A DNA stretch of 64,000 nucleotides from Clostridium sp. CAG:302 (GTDB lineage Bacteria > Bacillota_I > Bacilli_A > RF39 > UBA660). Below the pieces are notes generated by a model. It searched no databases and had not been told where the DNA came from. It saw nothing but the letters and a program-made list of their open reading frames with translations. Where the stretch lies: positions 53,818-117,817 of the forward strand of contig FR887373.1 in NCBI GenBank assembly GCA_000431795.1, read 5' to 3'. Positions 17,120 through 29,284 of this stretch are shown here, one piece after another. A program made the translations under genes and the position numbers. Every line of letters starts with the position of its first letter. Within the stretch, counting starts at the first letter, position 1.

Positions 17120-20100
17120 ATGAAGTTTTTTGATAATTTATTTGATCTTAACAATAGGGATGAACAATTAGTTACTGGTTTAAATAAAGAACTTAATAGT
17201 GTTTATGTTTATGATTATTTTAATAAATATAATAATAATATTTTACTTGTTACTAATTCTTTATATGAGGCTAATGATTTATATAATAGATTATCTAATT
17301 ATACAGATAGAGTACTATTTTTTCCTATGGATGATTTTATGACAAGTGAGGCTTCAATTATTAGTCCAGAACTTATGATTGAAAGACTGAATACTTTGAA
17401 TAAACTTGTTAATAATGATAAGTATATTGTTGTAACTAATTTAATGGGTCTACTTAGATATCTTCCTAATAAGTCTTTATATAAGAAAAAAATTATTAAT
17501 TTAAATGTTAATGAAGATGTAAATAGAGAAGTGTTAATTAACAATTTAATTGACTTAGGTTATGATAGAGTTCCACTTGTTACTAAGACTGGAGAGGTGG
17601 CTATTAGAGGATATGTAATTGATATATTTCCTATGGAAACTGATAGTCCTATTAGGATAGAGTTTTGGGGAGATACTATTGATAGTATTAAATATTTTGA
17701 TTTGGATAGTCAAATTTCTAGTGATAGTATTAATACTATTTCTATATATCCTTTTACGGAATTTTTACTTGATAATAAGTTAGATGTTGACAGTAAAATG
17801 TGTAAGCAAAAGTATTTACCACATTATTCTAGAGATATTCAAGGTATATGGAATTATTTATATAACTGTACTCTTATATATTATGATTATAACCAAATTA
17901 TATCTGCTTATAGATTACTTAGAGAGAGTATTATTAATTATGATAATGAGATAAATGATTCTATTAAAACTGATTATATGTTTGATATTTCTGATGTTAA
18001 ATATAATAATATTATTTATATGTTAGAGTTTGATAATATTCTTGATTTGAATATTAAGTTTAAAAATAATTATTTATCTAATAACATTGATAATTATCAT
18101 GGTGATTTTGAAAAGATTAAAACAAGTCTTTTTAAATATATTAGTGGTGGTAAGACTGTTATTATGTGTATTGATAATAAAAATGTTGCTAAGAGAGTAA
18201 TTACTTATTTGGATATTATGGATGATGTTGTATTAACTAGAGAAAATGAAATTATTAAAAATAAGATTAATATTATTAATAAATATATTATAAGTGGATT
18301 TATATATGATAATTATGTTGTTATTTCTTCGAATGATTTATTTGGTAAAATAGAAGAAAAGAAGAAAGTTAAAAATAAGTATAAAGTTGGTACTAAGATT
18401 AGTAATATTAATAACTTAGAGAAGGGTGATTATATTGTTCATATTGATCATGGTATTGGACAATATGTTGAATTATGTACTTTATCTAAGAATGGTTTGA
18501 AAAAGGATTATATTAAACTTTTATATGCTGATGGTGATGTTTTATATTTACCTGTAGAAAAAATTGATAAAATTACTAAGTTTACTGGTAGAGAAGGGGC
18601 TATTGTAAGACTTGATAAATTGGGTACTGATTCTTGGAATAAGAAGAAGGCTAGAGTTAGAAGTAAATTAGAGAATATTGCTGGTGATTTGATTAGAGTG
18701 TCTGCTGAAAGAGAGAATTCTAAAGGTTTTGCTTTTAGTCCTGATGATGAAGAACAAATATTATTTGAAAGTAAATTTAAATATACTGCTACCGCTGATC
18801 AGGAAAGGGCTATAGGTATTATTAAGCATGAAATGGAAAAGGATAAACCTATGGATATGCTCTTATGTGGTGATGTTGGATATGGTAAAACAGAGGTTGC
18901 TTTTAGAGCAATATTTAAGGCTGTTAATGATGGTAAACAAGTTGCTTATTTATGTCCTACAACTATTCTTTCTAGTCAGCAATATAATTCTGCATTAGAT
19001 AGATTTGCTGATTTTCCAATTAATATTGCATTACTTAATAGATTTACCTCTGTTAAAGAGCAAAATGTTATTTTTAAGAATTTAAAGGAAGGTAAAATTG
19101 ATATTTTATTTGGTACACATAAACTTCTAAATGATAAAGTAGATTTTAAAGACTTGGGATTACTTATTATTGATGAAGAACAGAGATTTGGTGTTGTACA
19201 TAAAGAGAAAGTTAAGAAATATAAGAGTAGTATTGATGTTTTAACTCTTAGTGCTACTCCTATTCCTAGGACTCTTCAAATGTCTATGTCTGGTATTAGA
19301 GGACTTGCTCTTATTGAGACTCCTCCGGAGAAACGAAGACCAATACAAACCTATGTAATGCCTGAGAGTGTAAATATTATTAAAGATGCTATTTATAAGG
19401 AATTATCTAGAAATGGTCAAGTATTTATGCTTTATAATAGTGTTGAAAAAATAGATAATAAACTTGAAGAGATACATAAATTGGTACCAGAAGCTAATAT
19501 TAGATATGCTCATGGTAGAATGACTAAGGTTGAACTTGAGAATATTATGATTGATTTTACTAATCATAAGTTTGATATATTACTTTGTACGACAATTATT
19601 GAAACTGGTATTGATATTCCTAATGTTAATACTTTGATTGTTTTGGATGCTGATAGATTTGGTTTATCACAGTTATATCAAATTAGGGGTAGAATTGGTC
19701 GTAGTGATAGAATTGGTTATGCTTACCTTATGTATAATAGCAGAAAAGAACTTAATGATTTGGCAGTTAAAAGACTTAATACTATAAAAGAGTTTACTGA
19801 ACTTGGTAGTGGTTTTAAGATAGCTATGAGAGATTTATCTATTAGAGGAGCTGGAGACATACTTGGTAGTGAACAATCTGGTTTTATTGACAGTATAGGT
19901 ATTGATTTGTATTTGAAGATGTTAAAAGAAGAAGTTGATAAACTTAAAGGTATTAAGATAGAAGAAGAAAAAGATGAAAGTTCTAAACCTCTTATTGAAG
20001 TTGAAACGCATATTTCTAATGAATATGCTCCTGATGATGAAATTAAACTTGAAGTTCATAAACTAATTAATAATATTAATTCTGAAGAAGATATTGATAA

Positions 20101-20437
20101 TTTATGTACAGTGCTTAAAGATAGATTTGGTAAAGTTACTGATGAAATGATTATTTATATGCATGAGGAATGGTTTGAGAAACAGGCTAAGTCTCTTAAT
20201 ATTAAAGAAACTAAACAGACTAAGAATTACGTTGAGATAGTTCTTCCACAGTATTTGTCTAAACAAATTGACGGAGAAAAGTTATTTTTTACGGCATATG
20301 AGATATCTAAATATTTTAGATTTTCTTATAATAATAATCAGATTCATATTTATTTAGATACTATTAAGTTAGATAAACATTTTGTTTATTATTTGAATGA
20401 TTTACTTAGTGTTATTATTAAAGATATTAAGAAATAA
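17120..20437 (+). CDS. mfd: Transcription-repair coupling factor
   Basis: 1105 aa. CarD/RID region, superfamily-2 helicase motifs (GDVGYGKTEVA, DEEQRFG) and a TRG motif region. Confidence 0.93.
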   Translation: MKFFDNLFDLNNRDEQLVTGLNKELNSVYVYDYFNKYNNNILLVTNSLYEANDLYNRLSNYTDRVLFFPMDDFMTSEASIISPELMIERLNTLNKLVNNDKYIVVTNLMGLLRYLPNKSLYKKKIINLNVNEDVNREVLINNLIDLGYDRVPLVTKTGEVAIRGYVIDIFPMETDSPIRIEFWGDTIDSIKYFDLDSQISSDSINTISIYPFTEFLLDNKLDVDSKMCKQKYLPHYSRDIQGIWNYLYNCTLIYYDYNQIISAYRLLRESIINYDNEINDSIKTDYMFDISDVKYNNIIYMLEFDNILDLNIKFKNNYLSNNIDNYHGDFEKIKTSLFKYISGGKTVIMCIDNKNVAKRVITYLDIMDDVVLTRENEIIKNKINIINKYIISGFIYDNYVVISSNDLFGKIEEKKKVKNKYKVGTKISNINNLEKGDYIVHIDHGIGQYVELCTLSKNGLKKDYIKLLYADGDVLYLPVEKIDKITKFTGREGAIVRLDKLGTDSWNKKKARVRSKLENIAGDLIRVSAERENSKGFAFSPDDEEQILFESKFKYTATADQERAIGIIKHEMEKDKPMDMLLCGDVGYGKTEVAFRAIFKAVNDGKQVAYLCPTTILSSQQYNSALDRFADFPINIALLNRFTSVKEQNVIFKNLKEGKIDILFGTHKLLNDKVDFKDLGLLIIDEEQRFGVVHKEKVKKYKSSIDVLTLSATPIPRTLQMSMSGIRGLALIETPPEKRRPIQTYVMPESVNIIKDAIYKELSRNGQVFMLYNSVEKIDNKLEEIHKLVPEANIRYAHGRMTKVELENIMIDFTNHKFDILLCTTIIETGIDIPNVNTLIVLDADRFGLSQLYQIRGRIGRSDRIGYAYLMYNSRKELNDLAVKRLNTIKEFTELGSGFKIAMRDLSIRGAGDILGSEQSGFIDSIGIDLYLKMLKEEVDKLKGIKIEEEKDESSKPLIEVETHISNEYAPDDEIKLEVHKLINNINSEEDIDNLCTVLKDRFGKVTDEMIIYMHEEWFEKQAKSLNIKETKQTKNYVEIVLPQYLSKQIDGEKLFFTAYEISKYFRFSYNNNQIHIYLDTIKLDKHFVYYLNDLLSVIIKDIKK

Positions 20438-20520
20438 AGTTAAATATTTTATTTCTTTTTGTTTACTTGTATAATTATTTATTTATTTGACAAAATATTA
20501 AAGAAAGTATAGGTGAATAT

Positions 20521-21051
20521 ATGAAAACAACTGGAGTTATAAGAAGAATTGATGAACTTGGTAGAATTGTTATACCAAAAGAAATTAGAAAGAGTTTAAG
20601 AATTAAAAATGGTGAAAGTTTAGAAGTTTATTTAGATGGTGATAGTATTATATTAAAGAAATTTTCACAAATTGAAAGTTTAGAGAGTATTTCTGTTGAT
20701 TATGTGGAAGCATTTAATCAAATTATTAAGCATAATATTATTGTTACTGATAGAGATAAAGTAGTTGCTGTTAGTGGTCCTTTAAAGAAGAAGTATTTGG
20801 GTAAAAATATTAATGAATTTACTGAACGTTCTATTGAAAGAAGAGATTCTTTTTCTGAAAAGCAAAAGAAGGAGTTTAAAATAATTGAAGATGAAGAAGA
20901 TGTTGGTTATTATACTTTTGCTTCGATTGTTAATAATGGTGATGCTATTGGTAGTGTAATATTAATATCTTTAGATACTCCTTTATCTGATACTGAAGAT
21001 AAACTAGCTATTGTTTTATCTAATTTACTTAGTAAACAATTTATTGATTAA
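20521..21051 (+). CDS. spoVT: Stage V sporulation protein T (AbrB N-domain + GAF-like C-domain)
   Basis: The N-terminus TGVIRRIDELGRIVIPKEIRKSLRI is a SpoVT/AbrB swapped-hairpin domain. 176 aa. It follows mfd as in Bacillus. Confidence 0.8.
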   Translation: MKTTGVIRRIDELGRIVIPKEIRKSLRIKNGESLEVYLDGDSIILKKFSQIESLESISVDYVEAFNQIIKHNIIVTDRDKVVAVSGPLKKKYLGKNINEFTERSIERRDSFSEKQKKEFKIIEDEEDVGYYTFASIVNNGDAIGSVILISLDTPLSDTEDKLAIVLSNLLSKQFID

Positions 21052-21063
21052 TTTATTTATGTT

Positions 21064-21156
21064 CACTAGTAAGCCTTATGTATAAGTCTTACTAGTGTTA
21101 TTTTTAGCCTGTAGTCTAAAAATAATGTACCAACCGTACGTATTATATATAAGCAG
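21064..21156 (-). repeat. Twin-hairpin intergenic element, copy 6 (reverse orientation)
   Basis: The reverse complement reads CTGCTTATATATAATACGTACGGTTGGTACATTATTTTTAGAC-TAC-AGGCTAAAAATAA CACTAGTAAGAC..AAGGCTTACTAGTG. It is collinear with copy 2. On the + strand, hairpin 21064-21097 plus the T-rich tail can act as the spoVT terminator. Confidence 0.5.
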
Positions 21157-21192
21157 ATTATATGTATTAATAAATTAATTTTAGTAGTTATA

Positions 21193-21261
21193 TGATATAA
21201 TATATTTCAATACTGAGACATTAGGCTCAGTATTGCTTAGAGAGACCTTAGACTCTCTAAG
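21193..21261 (+). repeat. Twin-hairpin intergenic element, copy 5 (divergent box)
   Basis: TGATATAAT box. Hairpin 21208-21235 is CAATACTGAGAC-ATTA-GGCTCAGTATTG. Hairpin 21236-21261 is CTTAGAGAGAC-CTTA-GACTCTCTAAG. Both have the same G-A-C / G-R-C mismatch geometry. Confidence 0.4.
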
Positions 21262-21280
21262 AAAAAATGCGAAATAGTAC

Positions 21281-21309
21281 TTGAAAATATATTTATTGTA
21301 TGATAAAAT
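21281..21309 (+). promoter_or_regulatory. Sigma-A-type promoter of the T-box/dut/metG operon
   Basis: TTGAAA, 17-nt spacer, TAAAAT. Confidence 0.5.
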
Positions 21310-21314
21310 ACTTT

Positions 21315-21530
21315 GTGTAAAGCGAAGAAGGAAAGAATAATAGTAATATTTATAGAGAGTCTATGTTTGGTGGAAATAGATAAGAAAAGCTATTATAAAT
21401 GGTTCTGGAGCAGTTATATCTAATAGGTATAAACGGTTGTTACGTTATAACTTAATGAGTGTATGTATTATAAAATAAGGTGGTACCGCGGAATATTTTT
21501 CGTCCTTTGGTTAGCCTTATTTTTTTATTT
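21315..21530 (+). promoter_or_regulatory. T-box leader (tRNA-sensing riboswitch), probable Met specifier
   Basis: Stem I motifs AGAGAGT..GGTGGAAA. A candidate specifier AUG lies at 21399-21401 (AAAUGG). The conserved T-box sequence AAGGTGGTACCGCG is at 21477-21490, followed by CCTTATTTTTTT. MetRS is downstream. Confidence 0.8.
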
Positions 21531-21544
21531 TATGGAGGTATGTA

Positions 21545-23558
<2,014 letters not shown>

Positions 23559-23686
23559 CTAAGAGGACTTTAATGGTCTTCTTTTTACATTTTATTAGTG
23601 TAAAATAAGTGAAAAGGTGTTTACTAATTTATTAGATTATGATACATTTTTAATGTAGTACCTGCAGTGGAAAAGGAGAAAAAGGT

Positions 23687-23848
23687 ATGCTTAGTACTAG
23701 AAAATGGAACCTTATTTTTAAGATATCTTGTGGTATTTTAGCTGGTGTATTGGTTTCTTTTGTTGTTGTAGGTAGTAATATTCTTGATTTATTATACTTA
23801 GGTATAATAGTTGTGCTATTTTTTAAATATGTAGCTAATAAAAAATAA
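23687..23848 (+). CDS. Small hydrophobic protein (53 aa), not in the ORF track
   Basis: ATG 7 nt after GGAGAAAAAGG. MLSTRKWNLIFKISCGILAGVLVSFVVVGSNILDLLYLGIIVVLFFKYVANKK has two predicted TM helices. Confidence 0.4.
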   Translation: MLSTRKWNLIFKISCGILAGVLVSFVVVGSNILDLLYLGIIVVLFFKYVANKK

Positions 23849-23894
23849 AATAATTATACTATATTAGTATGATTTTTTTAATGGAGGTGCTTTT

Positions 23895-24650
23895 ATGTAT
23901 ATTGATACACATTGTCATGTATTTAGTGAATACTATGATGATATTGAAGAAATTGTTAGAAAGTGTAAAGAAAATAATGTTACCAAGATTATAGTTAGTG
24001 GCTGTGATATGAAATCTAATATGGAAGTTTTAGAATTAGTTAATAAGTATGATATTATTTATGGTACTATTGGATTTCATCCTACGGAATTAGATGCTTT
24101 TAAGGAAGAGTATTTTAATTTTCTAATAGATAATATTAATAATAATAAAATAGTTGGTGTAGGTGAGATTGGACTTGATTACCATTATGATGACACTGAT
24201 AAAGAAATACAAAGAATGGTTTTTAATAGACAACTTGAAATTGCTGAAAAGTTTAATAAACCAGTTGTTGTTCATAGTAGAGATTCTATTGGGGAAACAT
24301 ATAATATATTAAGTAAATATAATTTGAAAGGTAGTATACATTGTTATAGTGGTTCATTAGAAATGGCTAAATTATTTATTAAATTAGGATATAAATTGGG
24401 AGTTGGAGGTATAATTACTTTTAAAAATGCTAAAAATATAAAAGAAGTAGTAAAAAATATAGATTTATCATATATTTTATTAGAGACAGATAGTCCATAT
24501 CTTAGTCCGGAACCTTATAGAGGTAGTGAAAATAATCCTTCTAATATACCAGTTATTGCCGAGAGCATAGCTAGTATTAAAGGCGTAACAAATATAGATG
24601 TTGCAAGGGTTACAACTGCTAATGCGGAAGAGGTATTTGACTTTTTATAA
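23895..24650 (+). CDS. tatD: TatD-family metal-dependent hydrolase
   Basis: MYIDTHCH.., GEIGLDYHY, VVHSRD, ETDSPYL. Confidence 0.9.
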   Translation: MYIDTHCHVFSEYYDDIEEIVRKCKENNVTKIIVSGCDMKSNMEVLELVNKYDIIYGTIGFHPTELDAFKEEYFNFLIDNINNNKIVGVGEIGLDYHYDDTDKEIQRMVFNRQLEIAEKFNKPVVVHSRDSIGETYNILSKYNLKGSIHCYSGSLEMAKLFIKLGYKLGVGGIITFKNAKNIKEVVKNIDLSYILLETDSPYLSPEPYRGSENNPSNIPVIAESIASIKGVTNIDVARVTTANAEEVFDFL

Positions 24651-24702
24651 AAAAGATGTTACAATTAATATGCTTTAAAATATTAATGAGGTGAGACATA
24701 AT

Positions 24703-25452
24703 ATGAAAAAAGTAGCTGCAAAAATAATAACTATTTTTTCACAGTTATTAGTGGCTAGTGTGTTTTTATTCTTATTATTTTCTGGTGAAACTAGAAATAG
24801 TAATGATAGAAGTGTGGTAGTAAACAATAATAATTTTAATAAAATGGCTGATAAAACTTTGTTTCTTTTTAATAGTTTAGAAAATAAAGATGAAGAAGCC
24901 AATTCTAATGTTGTTGTTGAACTTACTTCTGTTGATAAGGTAGAAGAACCTGCAATTCAAGAAGTTAAACAGGAAACGATTAAGGAAGAAGTGAAAGAAG
25001 AATCTCCTAAAAAAGAAGAAACTAGCGTAACTCCTTTAGAACCAGATTTTAGCGATAAAAAGGTCTTGGAGACATTTACTGGTAGTTTGACAGGATATGG
25101 TCCTGATTGTTATGGATGTGGTGGTAGAACTAGTACTGGATATGATTTGAGGGAGAATATATATTATGATGATGCAGAGTATGGCACTATTAGAATTGTA
25201 GCTGCTGATAAATATTTTCCTTTTTACTCTATAATTAGAATAAGTAATGTTCCAGGAATGGAACCATTTATTGCTATAGTACTTGATAGAGGTGGAGATG
25301 TTGGTTGGTATAGAAATTCTGTAAGTGGTGAAATAATGTTTGATAGTCAAAAAGGGACGCTATTTGATTTGGCCTTCACTACAGAAAAGGATCCTAATAT
25401 ATTAGGTAAAACAAATAATGTTAAATTTGAAGTTTTAAGAAGTGGTAGATAA
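24703..25452 (+). CDS. Secreted 3D-domain protein (YabE-like cell-wall-associated)
   Basis: Signal/anchor sequence, E/K-rich linker, and a C-terminal 3D domain (GYGPDCYGCGGRTSTG..IVAAD..IAIVLDRGGDVG). ATG at 24703 after GAGGTGAG. Confidence 0.7.
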   Translation: MKKVAAKIITIFSQLLVASVFLFLLFSGETRNSNDRSVVVNNNNFNKMADKTLFLFNSLENKDEEANSNVVVELTSVDKVEEPAIQEVKQETIKEEVKEESPKKEETSVTPLEPDFSDKKVLETFTGSLTGYGPDCYGCGGRTSTGYDLRENIYYDDAEYGTIRIVAADKYFPFYSIIRISNVPGMEPFIAIVLDRGGDVGWYRNSVSGEIMFDSQKGTLFDLAFTTEKDPNILGKTNNVKFEVLRSGR

Positions 25453-25515
25453 CACTTCTTTTTTTTCGACATTTTTTTTAATTTTTATATCATATAATTA
25501 TATAGAGGTAAAGAT

Positions 25516-26442
25516 ATGAAAAAAATAATATTATTTACAGTTATAATTATATTTATTCCATTTGTTATAGTAAGTTTTTTTAAAATTGATAAAAAAGAAG
25601 AAATAAATTTAAATTATGAGTCTAATACTATTATTAGAGTGAAAAGACTAAGTAGTGGTGAAATTGAGCATTTGCCATTTGAAGAATATATTGTTGGTGT
25701 GCTTGCTGGTGAAATGCCCATTTATTTTGAAAAAGAGGCTTTAAAGGCACAAGCAGTGGCTGCGCGTAGTTATGCATTAAAAAAAATAGAGTATAATAAA
25801 GATAATGAATATGATGTAGTTGATTCAGTTCTTAATCAGGTGTATTTAGATAATTATTATTTAAAAGAAGCTTGGGGTAATAAGTATGTTGATAATATTA
25901 ATAAATTAAGAGAAGCAGTTAATGATACTTCTTTAGAATATTTAGATTATAATGGTGAAGTTATTGATGCATTGTTTTTTTCTACAAGTAATGGATATAC
26001 TGAGAATTCTTCATTGGTGTTTAATATTGATTTACCGTATTTACAGAGTGTTACATCTATGTGGGATAGTTCCACTAGTAGTGCTTTTAGGAGTACTAAA
26101 AAAATTTCTAGTAGTGATTTTTATTCTTCTTTAGGGTTAGAAAAATCTAATATATTAAACTTTAAAGTTTTAAAAAGAAGCACTACTAATAGAATACTTA
26201 ATCTTAGTATTAATAGTACGGAGTTTACTGGCAGAGAATTATATGATAAACTTGGTTTAAAATCTACTGATTTTTCTTTGAAACAAGATGGAGATACTAT
26301 TATTATTGATACTGTCGGCTATGGTCATGGAGTTGGGATGAGTCAGTATGGTGCTGAAGGTATGGCACTTGAGGGTTATTCTTATAAAGATATTCTTTCT
26401 CATTACTATGTTGGTACTTCAATTAAAAAATTATTAAATTAA
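25516..26442 (+). CDS. spoIID: Stage II sporulation protein D (SpoIID/LytB amidase enhancer)
   Basis: EEYIVGVLAGEMP..EALKAQAVAARSYAL, FFSTSNGYTENS and GHGVGMSQYGA. Confidence 0.85.
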   Translation: MKKIILFTVIIIFIPFVIVSFFKIDKKEEINLNYESNTIIRVKRLSSGEIEHLPFEEYIVGVLAGEMPIYFEKEALKAQAVAARSYALKKIEYNKDNEYDVVDSVLNQVYLDNYYLKEAWGNKYVDNINKLREAVNDTSLEYLDYNGEVIDALFFSTSNGYTENSSLVFNIDLPYLQSVTSMWDSSTSSAFRSTKKISSSDFYSSLGLEKSNILNFKVLKRSTTNRILNLSINSTEFTGRELYDKLGLKSTDFSLKQDGDTIIIDTVGYGHGVGMSQYGAEGMALEGYSYKDILSHYYVGTSIKKLLN

Positions 26443-26489
26443 TGTATATATTTTTTAATTTAGGAAACAATTATAGTAGAGGTGAGAAT

Positions 26490-27131
26490 ATGAAAATGAA
26501 AAGAGTTAAGCCACTCTTAGTACCTATGATTTACGGAGTATGTGTTATTGCATTTTTGTTTTGTATGTATTTTGCAGGTAGACTATCTAATGATTTACTA
26601 TTTAAAGATAAGAAAAATACTAATTATGTTGATGGTGAGATCGTATCAGAATATGATAAGGATATACCTGTTGTTAGTACTAGCTCTAAAATAGTAAGAC
26701 CTTATTTGGATAGTAAGGTTTCTATTTACAAGACTTTTTATGACTATCAAGGTGAAGCTGATAATCAGGAAAAATCTATTATTCTTTATGAAGATACCTA
26801 TATGCAAAACTCTGGGGTAGATTATACTAGCGATAGTTCATTTGATGTAATCAGTATTCTTGATGGTACAGTAATAAATGTTTATGAGAATAAAATTCTT
26901 GGTACTTCTATTGAAGTTAGACATAGCAATGAACTTATTAGTGTTTATCAAAGCTTGTCTGATGTTACTGTAAAAGAGGGAGATAATGTTATTCAGGGAC
27001 AGATACTTGCTAAAAGTGGTTTATCTAATATTAATAAAGAGTTAAGTAATCACTTACATTTTGAATTATATTATAAAGGCTCTATAGTTAATCCAGAAGA
27101 ATATTATAATAAATCTGTTGATGAATTATAG
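26490..27131 (+). CDS. spoIIQ: Membrane-anchored LytM/M23-domain protein, SpoIIQ-like
   Basis: N-terminal TM and M23 fold with HLHFELY. The first catalytic His position reads NSGVDY (Ser, as in B. subtilis SpoIIQ). The spoIID-spoIIQ-spoIIID-mreB order is typical of Clostridia. Confidence 0.55.
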   Translation: MKMKRVKPLLVPMIYGVCVIAFLFCMYFAGRLSNDLLFKDKKNTNYVDGEIVSEYDKDIPVVSTSSKIVRPYLDSKVSIYKTFYDYQGEADNQEKSIILYEDTYMQNSGVDYTSDSSFDVISILDGTVINVYENKILGTSIEVRHSNELISVYQSLSDVTVKEGDNVIQGQILAKSGLSNINKELSNHLHFELYYKGSIVNPEEYYNKSVDEL

Positions 27132-27193
27132 GTAATAAGCCTTTTTTTACATAATATGTTATCTTATAAATATAATTTTATAGGAGAACATAT

Positions 27194-27460
27194 ATGAATA
27201 AGAAGATTATTTCTAGAGTAATAGAAGAAGCTAGTTATATTATTGATACTAATAAAACTATTAGGGAAGTATCTATAGTATTTGGTGTATCTAAGAGTAC
27301 TGTACATAAGGATATGAGAGAAAAGTTGTTGTTACTTGACAGTACTTTATATCAAAAAGTGTCAAGTGTTTTGGAATATCATACTTATATTAAGCATATT
27401 AGAGGGGGACAGGCTACAAAAGATAAGTTTTTAGATAAAAAAGGAAATCTACTCTATTAA
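27194..27460 (+). CDS. spoIIID: Stage III sporulation protein D (HTH regulator)
   Basis: 88 aa. IEEASYIIDTNKTIREVSIVFGVSKSTVHKDM matches the SpoIIID HTH. Confidence 0.85.
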   Translation: MNKKIISRVIEEASYIIDTNKTIREVSIVFGVSKSTVHKDMREKLLLLDSTLYQKVSSVLEYHTYIKHIRGGQATKDKFLDKKGNLLY

Positions 27461-27504
27461 AAATTGTTAAATTGTGGTAAAATGTAAATGAGGATGGTGA
27501 TTTT

Positions 27505-28497
27505 ATGTTTAACAAAGATATTGGAATTGACTTAGGAACTGCTAATGTACTTATATATATTAAAGGACAGGGTATTGTATTAAATGAGCCATCTGTTGTT
27601 GCAATAGACGCTGATACGAAAAGACCTTTAGCGGTAGGATCTGAGGCACATGAAATGCTTGGTAGAACTCCTGGTAAGGTAAAAGCAATTAAGCCAATGA
27701 AGGATGGTGTAATTGCCGACTATGACACTACTGAAGTTATGCTTAATTATTTTATAAAAAAAATAAATGGTAAAAGTTTCTTTTCTAGACCTAGAATATT
27801 AATATGTTGTCCATCTAATATTACTCAGGTTGAAAAAAATGCTATTAAGGAGGCTGCTGAAAGAACTGGAGCTAAAAAAGTATTTTTAGAAGAAGAACCT
27901 AAGGTAGCCGCTATTGGGGCTGGTATGGATATATCTAAACCGAGTGGTAATATGGTAATTGATATTGGTGGTGGCACTACTGATATTGCTATTTTATCTT
28001 TGGGTGGTATTGTTAATAGTGCTTCAATTAGAATTGCTGGTAATGCTTTTGATAATGATATTGTTAAATATATTAAGAATAAATATAAATTGTTGGTAGG
28101 AGAGCGAACTGCTGAGGATATTAAAATAAGTATTGGTACTGTTTTTCCTGGCTCTAGAAATGAAAAAATGGAAGTTAGAGGAAGAGATTTAGTTACAGGT
28201 CTTCCTCATACTATTACTTTGACAAGTGATGAAGTAGAAGAAGCATTAAGAGAAAGTGTTTATACTATTATTCATGCAGTTAAAGGTATACTTGAACAAA
28301 CTCCTCCAGAATTATCTGCTGATATTATTGATAAAGGTATAGTACTTACTGGTGGTGGTGCTTTAGTAGATGGTTTTGCTCAAATACTAAGTCAAGAACT
28401 TAAAGTGCCTGTATTTATCGCGGAATCTCCACTTACTTGTGTAGCTGAGGGTACAGGAATACTTTTAGATAATTTGTATATGCTAGAAAGACAATAA
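27505..28497 (+). CDS. mreB: Rod-shape-determining actin homologue MreB/Mbl
   Basis: DIGIDLGTANVLIY, DIGGGTTD and LTGGGALV. Confidence 0.93.
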   Translation: MFNKDIGIDLGTANVLIYIKGQGIVLNEPSVVAIDADTKRPLAVGSEAHEMLGRTPGKVKAIKPMKDGVIADYDTTEVMLNYFIKKINGKSFFSRPRILICCPSNITQVEKNAIKEAAERTGAKKVFLEEEPKVAAIGAGMDISKPSGNMVIDIGGGTTDIAILSLGGIVNSASIRIAGNAFDNDIVKYIKNKYKLLVGERTAEDIKISIGTVFPGSRNEKMEVRGRDLVTGLPHTITLTSDEVEEALRESVYTIIHAVKGILEQTPPELSADIIDKGIVLTGGGALVDGFAQILSQELKVPVFIAESPLTCVAEGTGILLDNLYMLERQ

Positions 28498-28596
28498 TGT
28501 CTTTTTTCTTTTGTGTAAAATATATGTCAAAGTAAATAAATTATATTTAATTTAATTCATTTTTTTAGTATAATTGTGTTGAAGGATGGTGATAAT

Positions 28597-29028
28597 ATGA
28601 CAATTGGTCTTGCTAGTGATCATCGTGGTTATAAAGCAAAAAAATTTTTGAAAGATAGTTTATATAAATATGATGTTATTGATTATGGAACTGATACTGA
28701 AAATAGTGTTGATTTTCCAATTTATGCTAAGAAATTAGGAACTGCTATTCAAAATGGCGAGGTTGATTTAGGAATTGCTATATGTGGTACCGGTATAGGC
28801 ATGAGTATTACTTTAAATAAAATGAAAGGTGTATATTGTGCTAAAGTTTCAAATGAGAGTGAAGCTATTTTATGTAAAGCACACAATGATGCTAATTGTA
28901 TAGCGATGAGTGAAGAATTAGATGAAGATTTAATGCTAGATATTGTTGATAAGTTTATTAATACTCCTTTTACTAATGTAAGTAAATATATAAGAAGAAA
29001 TGATATGATTAAGGAATTAGAAAAATAA
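28597..29028 (+). CDS. rpiB: Ribose-5-phosphate isomerase B
   Basis: MTIGLASDHRGY.., CGTGIGMSI. The ATG at 28597 follows AAGGATGGTGA. Confidence 0.88.
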   Translation: MTIGLASDHRGYKAKKFLKDSLYKYDVIDYGTDTENSVDFPIYAKKLGTAIQNGEVDLGIAICGTGIGMSITLNKMKGVYCAKVSNESEAILCKAHNDANCIAMSEELDEDLMLDIVDKFINTPFTNVSKYIRRNDMIKELEK

Positions 29029-29216
29029 TGGTTAAATTTTTATTATATTTGTTAGTGCTTCCACTTGTTATTTATGCTATAGATAGTATTAACTTTACTA
29101 ATATATTTAAAAAAAATAAGATAGTACAAGCTAGAATTTTCTATATTCTTCTTATATTTGGTTTATCTTATTTGGTATGTAGTTTTATATATGATTTTTT
29201 ATATATGATTAAGTAA
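29028..29216 (+). CDS. Small two-TM membrane protein (DUF1146-like)
   Basis: 62 aa, hydrophobic. TAATG overlap with rpiB. Confidence 0.4.
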   Translation: MVKFLLYLLVLPLVIYAIDSINFTNIFKKNKIVQARIFYILLIFGLSYLVCSFIYDFLYMIK

Positions 29217-29284
29217 GTTATTACTTAATTTTTTCTTTTAATTTTATTTATTATATGGTAAAATATGTAACGTGTGGTGATATT

